A stretch of DNA of 60,620 nt, counting the filler, from Sphacelaria rigidula (Eukaryota): assembly GCA_964200075.2 (NCBI GenBank). It is 2 parts of 2 records of this genome, joined end to end, with 100 filler letters (N's around TTAATTAATTAA, not from the genome) between each part and the next. Parts side by side here need not be neighbours in the genome. Positions count along the whole stretch, not along the records: positions 30,397 to 60,620 come from CAXNAA020000066.1; 1 more part is not named here. One strand, written 5' to 3'. The notes below the pieces were generated by a model, which saw only the letters and a list, made by a program, of their open reading frames with translations, was not told the origin of the DNA and did not search any database. The stretch's first letter is position 1, and each line of letters begins with the position of its first letter. A program made the translations under genes and the position numbers. Below are positions 48,901 through 60,620 of this stretch, piece by piece.

Positions 48901-49376
48901 CAAACAATTTAGTTGTCTCCTTTTGGTTTGTTAGGGGAGATCGGCTAACCCCCCCGCGGAGTTTTGGTAACGCCCGCAATTTCGTGCCTTGGTTTTACAT
49001 GCGAGAAGTGAATGTTGCCTCACCTGTTTTGAAGTCATGTGTGTGTGTGTGTGTATCTGTTGCGGTTCTGAAGAATGCTTGACTCTTGTGGTCATGTAGA
49101 ATGATATTTGCAAAATAGCTATCCCATCCCATGCCGTACGTATGCGTGATGTCCCACCTTCGGGCCACCAACACGAAACGTGTCCATGCAACAGGCCTTC
49201 TCGTCTCTTCGGGGGACTCGTGACCCCACAGCAGCAACAACGCCGGAACCGAATTCGAACTTTGTCATCACAGGGCTGCGCACAAGGCTGGCAATTGTCA
49301 GACGAACTTAGCACAAACAGCGGACGACTCGGAAGTGCTGCTTGGAAGATTACACGACCCATCCCTCCACTTTCAT

Positions 49377-50935
49377 CTAGGGTCGATCTTCCAAAGTTCG
49401 CGGTTCCAATAAGCTAGTTCTCTGAGCATCGGCAAGATCTGCAGCCCATAAATCCTTCGACAGTCGTGGCAAATCGACTACGAGGGAATCTTGTAGGTCG
49501 TGCGGACCTCGCCTCAGCACAGCTCGCGCATTTTCCCAACTGATATAATCTCTACCATTACCACCACTGCCACCACAGCCGTCGCCACCACGTGATTGTA
49601 GTCTATGAGGCCCAGGTGTTGTAGCTGTTGCGTTTGGGTTCCCGAGATCTTGAGTGCTACCAGAGATTGGGATGCTTAAAGTATCTGCCAAGGAGCTCCT
49701 TGAGAAGGCTAGCTCGATAAACTGCCGTTTCAGCCATCGGTATACCCTCTCCTTTTCCTCTTGCGGATTCTGAATCATGAAGGAAGGGTAAGAACGGACG
49801 TAGTCAGAATTGTTTTAGGTCAGCGGCATAGTCGACTGTGGAACGATGACAATATCGTCAGAAAAATTCACATCCTGTAGTCGCACGCACCCGTGCTTCA
49901 GCTTAACCGGATGCTCTGTAGGAAGGGAAGTGCGACAAGACTCGATACGGTCGCGAACAAGTCTTGACGTTTCCTTTTTTGCAAAACCATCGTTTTTCGT
50001 ACGTCATGACGAACTCGTCGGATTTTGTTGATTTTTCCAAGTGGAAGCCTCGAGTCGAACAAAAAAATCTCACAGGAGCTCGCTCCACGCCTGCCGGCGA
50101 CAGTAGATACCTCAAACGTGCAATCTGATGAAACTGACGGCAATGCTTGGTGAATCGGCCGTTCGCTGAGACACAACGAAAAATCCCACCTCAAAATCAT
50201 CGTAAACGATGTGGCTCTCCAATATCGCGGCCAATTCAGCGCGGCCAATCAGTTGCTCCTCTCTTGCGGTGGAATATACCCGAAGCATGAGACTCAGCAC
50301 CTGGTCGAACGTCCCCTCACGACAGAGAGTACACAACCCCCGCACATAGCAGCTGAAGTCGCCTTGATTGACACCACGTGCGTCTGCCGAGCCGCAGGAA
50401 CCATCGTCTGTGGCAAGGGCCCCACGCGGATAGAATCCCCGGTACACGTTCGAACGCGCGTCAATTCTACAGTCAGTGCTTCTGCGCGGGTTTTGTTGTG
50501 CCCCAATTATCTAGTCAGCGCACACCCAACAAGACGGTATACTCGGCGCAGTTCAACGCGCATCAACACGCTCGTTTGCGGCCAAAGACCTGATGGTTTG
50601 CATGTTGTAGCAAAACGAAACACATGGCTCAAGTACCGATTAAAAAATATAACCGAACCCTTCTCTCCCTGCTGCCAAGGCCTCGATTCCAGTGGGCTTC
50701 GTTGATGTTTCTCTGCCACGCTCTCACCCTCTGACACGGCTCCTTCTTGCCGACAGTCAAATCCCTTGTCCGTGTCTACGCCTTCTCTCGAAGGGGACTT
50801 GCCGGTTGGGGGTTTCTGCTTCTGTTGAGTAACCGAATGTAAATGTCGTTTCTCCTTTCCGACTAATATTCGGAGATGCTCAGACCGCTTGTGCAGCTGG
50901 GATAGCCAGTGGAAGTGGTTGTATAGGCGAAGAGC
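49377..50935 (-). CDS. Degenerate EF-hand protein, calcineurin-B/recoverin-like (3' exons; 5' end not resolved)
   Basis: Exons 50935-50637, 50466-50190 and 49769-49377 join in frame. GDFSCYVRGLCTLCREGTFDQVLSLMLRVY...IGRAELAAILES follows the calcineurin B EF2-EF3 pattern (DF.EF..G.S.F...G..EQKL.FAFR.YD....G.I...EL..VL); GNGRDYISWENARAVL resembles EF4. Confidence 0.55.
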
Positions 50936-53900
50936 CTGGGTGGAACATGACGATAGGGAAATACGCTCGAATCTTCAAGAGACAATAGTCTCGAAGCATG
51001 CAGTCCAGGCGTGTTGACATGCTACTTATTTTGAAGTGCTGTCAGGATCTTGAATGAATTCGTCAACCCTAGGAAGCTGACCGGTCTGCTATCGCAGGGG
51101 GATGAACTGTCGCTTCCCACATGATCCGCCAGCCAAAAAACAAGTATCAACGTAACCCTTGATCTTCCACGTTCCTAGCCGACGTCAGTTGGACGCCTGT
51201 TGAGCGAGCTGTTGGCGAGATTCCATGAAAACAACGGGGAGCTGGCACCGAAAGCATCATCCCGCGCATGTGCCATGTGTTCTAGTTTTATGTGCATTAG
51301 CCACGATCGGTGACGTTGACTGCGATGCATTGAGATCATCATGAACGGTGATCATGAAAGCAGTACATAAAGCTACGTATGTGCGATCACTGCACTTGCC
51401 AGATCGAAACCTACCATTTCTTGTGTTTGTATATGCGTATTCGCAGCTCCGTGTATCGATCATATGAGCATGGCTGAGAAAGGAATCAGATATCGATAGG
51501 AGGTATCATTATCAACGGAGCACCACCGGGAGAGAGCATCGGAGCACACGCATGGTCAGCTACCAATTGGCAAATGGCATGAAGATCCCAGAAAAGTGGG
51601 CATATGTCGTCTCGAAAATCTAGACAATACCTCGAAGTTCCGCTAAATATGTAACTGCAATCGCAAGATATTTGCCTACGACCACACGATGTTCAGTTTC
51701 AGTTATACGAGACACCAACCTTCTACATGGGGGTATCCTCCAAAGACATCACATACAGATGACATGATCGCCTTCCCTACCAGTATGAAGGGACGATACG
51801 CGTATCTGCCTCCTTCAACCACAGCAAAAAAGACTTCTACCCGCCTACAGTGCAGTCACTGACTCAGAGCTTTTCTTCTCGAGAAACTCTCGCCAAGTAT
51901 CCATGCGTCCATCTACGCCTATAAAGACTACCCTCCAACTCGGAGAACTGTCAGCGAACAAGCACTCGGAACAACCGGCGGCAGGATACAACAATATGAA
52001 ACAACCAGTGTGCCATCGTTAAGCTCTCCACTGCGCGCTGTTTACCATGTTTTTATTCCTGCATAGTGCTGTACGACAGTGTGCAGCCACCCTCCACCAC
52101 AAAGGGTTTAGAACCGCTCGAAAAGTGAAAATGAGCTCCTCTCTTTGTGGGCTTGAATAACCTGGTGGTCGCTACAGCGACAATCAAATCCACCTTGGCG
52201 GCGAGAGAGTCGACAATGGTCGATGCGTAACGAAACCCAACGGACCATTTGATCAATGAAAGATCCCAGACCAACTCTCAGGGACACAAGATCAATGACA
52301 AAAAAATGAACTTTTTTGTATTGGATCGCACATGACCATATTTTACGGACACAAAGTCAAGATGATGCCACTCCTAGGATTTGTATCGCGGTTCATTTTG
52401 ACAATCTCGCCCGCCTTTACATGGCCACACAAGGGCGGCATATCGAAAGAGGTAATACTTTCTACTGTGTACTGTAGCACCTCACCACATTGTCTTCGCT
52501 TACTTTGACAGCTACAGAAGCGCCGCCGAGATACGCGATAGCCCAGTGTCGAGACCGTGAGCATACAAGTACGCCGTTCTTTGTTTGGTTTTATTTTATG
52601 CCGAAGTGCTGGAGCAACAAGGCTTTTCGTGATTGTGTCGATTGAAAATAGGTCGAGATGCCCACCGACACTCCCATCAGAAGATTTTCCAGAGCCATGT
52701 GAGTTGCTGTTCCCCCCCAACACTCGACGGTTTCCCGTAGAACAAAGCATAGAATGCCCAGCTCAATAGTAGCTAAGCAAAAAATCTGTCTTGCACGTAA
52801 TATTTCTGCTAGTAGCTTGATATCTTTACTTCGTTCAGGATAGCGCAAGATGACGAGGGCGGATCATCTGCAGCATCGGAAATTTCGGAGGTTTTTCCAC
52901 CTCGTTTCATTCCGTACATTTTGTATCATAGACTTGTGGTAAATTACGGCTTTCTCGCACGTCTTGGGTGTTTGGATATTTTGTAGATGAGCGGATTGTG
53001 TAATTTGTATCGAGTGCTTTAAAAGTCGGTCTCATGATGACGACGGTTGCAAATTACAGACCGCACAGTCCTTGTATCCAGGCTTTGCATTAGGATATAT
53101 AGCATAAATTGAGTTTCAAAAATGAAGATTAATATCAATATTATTTATTTTGAATGAAGTCGACGGAAGACTATAATTTCCCAGTACTAGCGAGCTTCGG
53201 GGACGCGTAAATGCTGTCAGCGTATCTTTTGTCAGCGCATATATCTGATGAATTTGACAGTTTTGAAAAAAAAAAATTGCCACACAACACATACGAAACT
53301 TAAAGCGTCGAGATAATTATTTTGAGTTGTCGGAAGTGCTATATTCATGAGAAACACCTGCTGACAAAAGTAAAACTGACAAACAAACTCATTTTCGGAA
53401 TATTTACTGCATGTATTACCCATGTTCCAGCGGAGCGGCGATGCTGTGATATTGCACATCGAAGAACCAACAGCGGAGTTCAGAGCAAATGTAGACGGTC
53501 GACCCCAGACAACACCCGAACGGTACACAGGTGATGTCCATCATTAACGGCGGGTCTGACCGCAGCCGGTGGACCGCGGGTCTACACATTCGTTGATGAG
53601 CACTGAAGGTAATGAATGAAGATGGATTCCCCCCCCAAAACCCTAACGAATGTATACGAAAGATGGTGTCAAATAGTGAAGACGCCACCTATGTTGATCC
53701 CTTTGAGCTCCACTCCCACGAGCGATCAAAGTCGCAATTTTCTGGCTCATCGTTATTGTAGAGAACGACGCACGTAGTCAAAATCAACCACGCACGCCCA
53801 ATGGTCTTAAAGAGCCCATGCAGCATATACAGCACCCCACCACTCACAGTCACTACTACAGCATGACAGTACAGTGGTCGTAGAGCACAGCGCAGCATAG

Positions 53901-54954
53901 CACGGCAACGCACGGCGTAATAGAGTACAGTTCTACATGATAACTTGCCTATCTGCAGCTAACCTTGCCACGGGTTGTGACTCCCAGCTCGAAGTCAGAG
54001 TAGCAACGACGTGTCTTGGGGGTTGATCGTCAACCACATACAGCGCAGTATATATACAGAGAGATGTGCAACAGCTGAATCCATGTTCACACTAGTTTGC
54101 GGGCAGAGGTTGCTGGCGGCTTGTGTCCACAACCACGATGCTACCAGCCTTGGCTGGAGGGGATAAGGAGGAGTGTCAGCCTCTACCATTGCTGCGCATT
54201 GCAGTCGCCATGTATGCTTGGCTCATCTGATCTCCTAGCTGCTTGCTGGTGTTGATAAGTTGAGCGGGTTGGTTTTTGTGTCAATCGGGTGAACAACGTG
54301 GGATTCTTGGATACCTTTCATGTGCTAAAAAGACAAGCGGTGAGCGAGCTAATTTTTTCAGAAGACATTTCTGAAAAAAACTAGGTGAATTTTGACCCCG
54401 GGAGGACCCGGGTCATCAAAACACTACACCCGTGTCTTGTTTCCCCCTCTCAGTAGAATTGGTCGATCATATGACAGGGAGTGTTCTCGACTCGACACAC
54501 TTATCCTGTATGAAGGCAAAAAACTATTTTTCGTCGCCGGCAGCTTGATCGCTCCACTCTCTCCTGATGCGAATCGCTTAGAACCACCAGAAAATAAATA
54601 TGCTGTCGACACTATATTTACGTAACACTAACACGGGGTGAAGCCCAAAAGGGTCAAGATACGGCCAAATGTGGTACATCCTGAGTCGGTTCGATGAAAT
54701 CGAAAACCACCAAAACTTTCATGGCATGCAGTATATTTTGTCTGTCATAAGATTTTCGAAGTAGGCGCCAACGTGTTGCCACTGGATATTGAAGTGGGTA
54801 GCATGCCGCCAAGGTTTGTTACAGCAGGATACTATGGCCAATTTAACTAGACCACGTACCTTGCAGCTGATGCAAGTGCAAGTGCTGGTGTAAGTGCTGA
54901 CAGACAACGTATCAGCAGTAAGCAGAATCGTGAACCAGATGAGCCAGCCTGACC

Positions 54955-55502
<548 letters not shown>

Positions 55503-55882
55503 TTCCTTGTTGCTTTTCTCAGCCAAATAAGCGACCGATTAAACAGACTTTCATCTTTTGCTCAGCTTCGCACGTGGGCGTTACAGCCACTCCGCATCCT
55601 CCGCGCTGTCACGAGACAACACTACACACTTCCACCCTTCAAACAATGACTGCCCACCCCCAGGAGCGTGCCGCTCAGTGTAGAAAAGTCAAGGAAAGAC
55701 GCATATATGAGTTTTTCGGTTAATAATGCCCCCCTCACTTTCATCCCGGGGTTACCGGCCAGCAATTCCGCCCCGAGGCGAAGCTGCAATCGAAGGGTTC
55801 ATATATATACGGTCGACAGATGATACTAGGAGGCTCACCTGCAATACAGTACACGCTACGAGTAGATGTTGATTCAATGTAC

Positions 55883-57597
55883 CAAGGTTGTGTTCTGTAG
55901 GGTACAGTTTTCTGTATACCCGGGGTATTGCCGAGTATTCACCGTACCCGATAGTTCTGTGACTTCTGTAAGACTTTCATACCGGTACCCGACAGTTCTG
56001 TAATCACTGTAAGACTTTCATACCCTTACCCGATAGTTCTGTAATATCTGCAAGATTCCCGTACCGTTACCGGGGAGCACGGGTACGCTCTTGATAAGTT
56101 ACCTGATTGCGGGTACGGTTTTCTGTGCAACCTCCATACCTTACCCGACAGTTTCTGTGAGTTCTGTAAGCCTCACATACCCTTAACCGACAGTTCTGCG
56201 AGTTCTGTACACAATCTTTACCCGTACCCGGAGCGCGGGTATCCTCTTGAAGAAATACCCGATTGCCGGTACCGCTTTTCTATTAGCCTCCCATACCGTG
56301 CCCGACAAGTTCTGTAATTTCTGTAAGACTTTCATCCAGTACCGATACCCGACAGTTCTGTGAGCTCTGTACGCCTCGCATACCCCTACCCGGGGTTAGG
56401 GCATGCCGTTATAGATATACCCGATTGCAGGTATGAGCACAGGTATATACCTTGGGGAGGTACGGATATAGGTTCAATCCAAACACAACGTCGTGACCTG
56501 AACATGTACCTCCCATCGCGATCAACCCACCAAACTCCTTCATTCAAAACTGCACACCAACGATAATTCAATATTGCAACGTTCTTTTGCTTGGGATCTG
56601 ACGGGATACGAGGTGCTGCTGAGTGGAAACATGAAACATGAGCAGTCCTGCAGACCGTCAGGATGAATCAACTCCAGACTCGAGTGGTGGCTCCAGCGGG
56701 GGTGGTTCATCTGCGTCACCAGAGGATCAAGTAGCAAGACGCACGTCATCGACGTTGATGGTGGTTGTGTCGTGGCCATCAAACCCCAGGCCGTTAGGGA
56801 CATATACAGCACAGAGTATGAGTTGTCACCGAAAGTTGTCAAGGCCGTCGGCGATTTTATCGCGTGCCGAAGGGCTTCCAGAGAACGGGCAGCCGTGAAT
56901 GCTCCTCCATGTACTCTCTGGGAGTGTACGTGAAGCCGATAGATGTTGACGATCCCGTGCACATGTACTGCTGCGATTGTTCGTGTAGTCTTTCTCTATC
57001 AACCTCGTGAAGCCGTTGAGAGTTTTCGTGAACTGTCATCTGTATTTCGCCACTGTTGTTGTGACATCGGTCCTACCACAGGGAGGGATGATGATGATAG
57101 CAAGGTCGTGTTCTATAGGGTACGACTTTCTGTATAACCGGGGTATTTTGCCGGGTATTTACCGTACCCGACAGTTCTGTAAACTCTGTAAAACTCTCAT
57201 ACCGGTACCCGACGGTTCTGTAAACTCTGTAACATTCTCATACCCGTACCCGGTAGTTCTGTGAGTTCTGCAAGCCTCCCGTACCGTTACCGGGGGGCAC
57301 GGGTATGCTCTTGATAAGATACCCGGTTGCGGGTACAGTTTTCTGTATAACCTCCATACCCTACCCGACAGTTTCTGTGAGTTCTGTGAGCCTCACATAC
57401 CCTTACCCGACAGTTATGTGAGTTCTGTACAAAACTTTTACCCTAACCCGAGGGGCGGGTATGCCCTAAAAGGGTAAGCCGATTGCCGGTACCGGTTTTC
57501 TATAAGCCTCCCATACCGTACCCGACAAGTTCTGTAAGTTCTGCAAGGAATCTCATACCCTACAGAAGGTATATGTACCTTACAGAACACAACCTTG
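55883..57597. mobile_element. Composite non-autonomous TIR element: two ~500-bp blocks of ~38-bp subrepeats around a unique core
   Basis: CAAGGTTGTGTTCTGTAGGGTACA at 55883 and its near reverse complement TGTACCTTACAGAACACAACCTTG ending at 57597. A second left TIR CAAGGTCGTGTTCTATAGGGTAC lies at 57101. Repeated ACCCGACAGTTCTGT..GTTCTGTAAG units in both blocks. Confidence 0.75.
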
Positions 57598-58470
57598 AAA
57601 TATACTGTCGTCCAAGGGAATCTAGTGTTCCCAACACGATCGTCGAGACGTGGGTGGTGGTCGAACGATGTACGTTGGTGGTAAAGTTGTTTGACCCACT
57701 CACTGCTGGAACATCTACGTGATTGTTCAAAGAGTCCGAGAGCGTAGGCAATCGAGAACAGCATGGTTCATACAGCTCACTTGCGTGCGCCGCCGATCTT
57801 GTACTTGGCACTTAATTTTTTCAACGGACAAAAATATATCTTGTAGCTTGCTCGAACCGCATTACCAGTGCGTTCCGGCGTATTATTCTGACTCCTTACG
57901 GTCCAGTGCTGTATGGTCGACATGTATGATATCTTCCCCTTACATTGCAGCACTCGCCACTCACCACAATACGAGCCTCGTCGAATGTAAGACCGGATAC
58001 CGCTGCCACCAATTTGATCTCCTGTCTACATTCCCCCTTCCTCCATGAGGCTTTCATCCACTCGTCCCCGAAGCAACTGCCATTGTCAACTCCGGGACCT
58101 TCCCGTGTATTGCCCCTCCCGAGATCCGATGTGAAGAATGGTCGAATCGAGCGCCCCCCCTTGACGGGTACGGTATCGGGGCGAGACAGATCCGCGTAAG
58201 CTGATCCTCGGGGCCGCCGAAGTCCGGGCAATGTTTTTCGACGCTGACCAGGCGAGGGTGGGGGCGACCAAGATGGCTCCATAGTAATTAGGGAGGGCTG
58301 TGTCGGAACCGCGCGACGTGCTCTATTCAACGAGGAGGACAGGGCTCTGCACGAACAACCGTGAAACGGCATTTGTCTCGCCGCTGTTTTTGTACTTAAT
58401 TTGTCATTATCCATTCCCCAGAAGTTGTGCTGTCTTCCCACCGACAGCAAGCAGGGGTTGCTTGAGAGCA

Positions 58471-58611
58471 ATGGCCCCACTTCTTATCGCTTCGCTTGGC
58501 CTTCTGGTGCTTGGTAGAGCTTCATCTTCTGTTGATGTCAAGAGGAGTGCTTCCGGGAAGCTGAACGTGCATCTTGTTTGCCATACTCATGACGATGCGG
58601 GATGGTTGAAG
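58471..58611 (+). CDS. Glycoside hydrolase family 38 alpha-mannosidase, exon 1
   Basis: MAPLLIASLGLLVLGRASS signal peptide, then LNVHLVCHTHDDAGWLK|gt, the N-terminal Zn-binding HxHxDxGW motif of lysosomal-type alpha-mannosidases. The next exon was not found in the window. Confidence 0.88.
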
Positions 58612-60537
58612 GTACCGGTCTGACAGTATGAAGTTCAAGTACAGTTAGTTCAGACGCTACCCACTTGAATTGCTCTTGGCTTTTCGATCCTACACAAGAA
58701 GAGGATGTGCTTCACATCTATGCTCTGATTAGGATCAGCCCCGGTGCTACAGCCGAGAATAAGTTGGGCAGAAAAAGTAGAGCATACTTTTGCGTTTACC
58801 TGTACGAGTAGAACCTGAGTAGGTCTTCGCCATGGTTCAACACTTTAAAATGCGGTGAAACCTTCATCTTGAGGCACCGGGCCCACAGATAGAGCTCTAA
58901 GGGGCAAGAATCATGAGTGGAAAGGTTTTTCGACCAATCAAAGTCTTGAAATATACCAAAATGCGGCGACCTTTCTTCAATCAGATGAGAAAAACGAGTG
59001 GAATATGAGTCAAAAAGCAGCTTTGATTGGCCCACACATTGCGCCGCTGCGATACAGACAGCTGCTACCGTCAATAAACGAGGATACAGCAGCTCCGTGC
59101 TGGCTCAGTTTGTTTGTCCCAACCTGCACGCACCCGCCTGGCGTGTCTTCCCCGATCACAGCACCCGACTATAAGTAAAGTACCAGAGAAGACTCAACAG
59201 ACAGCTATACAGCTGTCACGTGACGATTGTTTCAACCTTTCTTTGTTTCGAAAGTACCCTGATCCCACCCCAATTCTGTGCAGCTCGAAACACAGCATGC
59301 AGCAGTACAACTGCTCAGGCACTCTCCAGTGCACATTGCACCGTGATCGTCGTAGAGTGTTTTAGATGCCCGACAGCACAGCGAGAACTACAGGATAGAA
59401 ATGATGGGCTTGGGGAGCGCCTTATTCCTTTGACTCGAGACGAAACAGTCAACACTCCATGGACGTTTCAACGGTGTCTAGAGAGCACTGCGTGCCGACA
59501 GCGTTATTTTTCATAAAGACGAACGGAATGACTATAAAGTAACTCGGGCACTCCCAACGGAGATCAAACCGTCTCCACCAAGGCCTGAAGACGCCACAGC
59601 GCAGCGACAGCTACGGCACACAAGACAGAGGATGAGTGCGTTTGTGCTGCAGCACAGTGATGCAGGACATGTCCCATTCGATAGTTCTTTCCCTGATTCC
59701 GAGGGGTCCTCGATTTTTGCCCAGTGGTGATTTTCAAACGCTCGGCCATAATCGCGCTTTGCGCGAAGATATTTTAATTCACTTTGAGTTACCCCTATCT
59801 GTGGGAGGTGAGCCCATTTCAAACCCCAAACCTTCTTGTGTAGTGTAATTTCCGTTCAATAATATGGAGGCGGTAGTTTGTATGCGTCCAAACACAGCGT
59901 ACCTGGCGTCTGATAATGCCGAAAAATCGTGTATACTTAGGTTGGGGCCGCAGGTTGGTGATAACGCAACATCATATCGGTGACCCAAGGGTCGGTTGCA
60001 AGGATGACTATACACGATGCTGCCATTCTTTTCGGAGCATTTTTCACTTTTTAGTAACGACTACAGAGGATGCGATGTCAAACCGGCGCAGAGGCAGCGG
60101 CAGATCTTGCCGGCATGGTCGTTTATCTCGGCTCGCTTTTCGGTCAACGCTTGTAGTAACACAGGTAACAACTACCGTTCAGGCTTCCTCATGTCTTTGA
60201 GGTTACTTCCCTTTGGGTTCATACACAGTCTCGCGCAAGACGCGGCCGTACAGCCGAGTCTAAAAGAGCTGTGTCTTCTGCCAAGGATCACTATGAAGCT
60301 ATTTGGAAAGGGGGCGGTGTCACCTTACAGACAGTACCAGAGCCTGCATAGTCGACATCACGACAAGCTGACCACGACGGACAGGGGCCATTGCTCTTGT
60401 CTTGTTCCATAATAATTATTTTTCAATTTTTCTCCACGGGGTTCCTACGCGAATATTTCACGGTTAGGACAAATCAACTCGTGAGTCAACTCAAAGTCAT
60501 CATCTCAATGAATATATCATGCGGTTCGTACATCAGT

Positions 60538-60620
60538 TGTAATCCACGCAGTCAACCATTCTTCATGACTCAAGGCGTGATGTAATCCACGCAGTCAACC
60601 CTTCTTCATGACTCAAGGCG
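60538..60620. repeat. 43-bp tandem repeat (2 copies, cut by window end)
   Basis: TGTAATCCACGCAGTCAACC.TTCTTCATGACTCAAGGCG at 60538 and 60581. Confidence 0.85.

Noticed and set aside
52053-52750. Minus-strand ORFs (135 and 73 aa) as 5' exons of the EF-hand gene
   Set aside because: No recognisable motif, and I could not build a consistent splice chain to 50935; left uncalled.
54391-54658. piggyBac-like ends TTGACCC…GGGTCAA
   Set aside because: Only a 7-bp inverted match and no TTAA target; insufficient support.
55883-57597. CRISPR-like array of ~38-bp repeats
   Set aside because: Units are adjacent and degenerate with no unique spacers, are bounded by TIRs, there are no cas genes, and the context is eukaryotic.
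60320-60345. ttacag|ACAGTACCAGAG as mannosidase exon 2
   Set aside because: Gives TVPE… rather than the conserved TVDQYY continuation.

Overview
Eukaryotic nuclear DNA with many long GT-AG introns. It is most likely a brown alga or related stramenopile; this is inferred from the gene structure and a bipartite plastid-targeting peptide. An artificial 100-bp scaffold linker (44N-TTAATTAATTAA-44N, 30297-30396) splits the window. The left half holds 20 exons (at least 5,016 codons, truncated at both ends) of a giant acidic protein rich in N-glycosylation sequons. It is built from fibronectin-III domains whose loops carry nested 'EVQ...GxF.L...DA.A..V..ALE.L' modules and a third beta-rich module. 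A 197-bp tandem array precedes it. The right half holds a decayed LTR-retroelement relic, the 5' three exons of a plastid-targeted release factor 2 (minus strand) and a cluster of four long hairpin/MITE elements. It also holds an STPG1/SHIPPO-repeat gene, a degenerate calcineurin-B-like EF-hand gene (minus strand), a compound microsatellite, a composite TIR element and exon 1 of a GH38 alpha-mannosidase. The most striking signal is a stack of nine tandem E-x-Q beta-strands followed by strand-less domain bodies, suggesting a nested, go-and-return stalk architecture.
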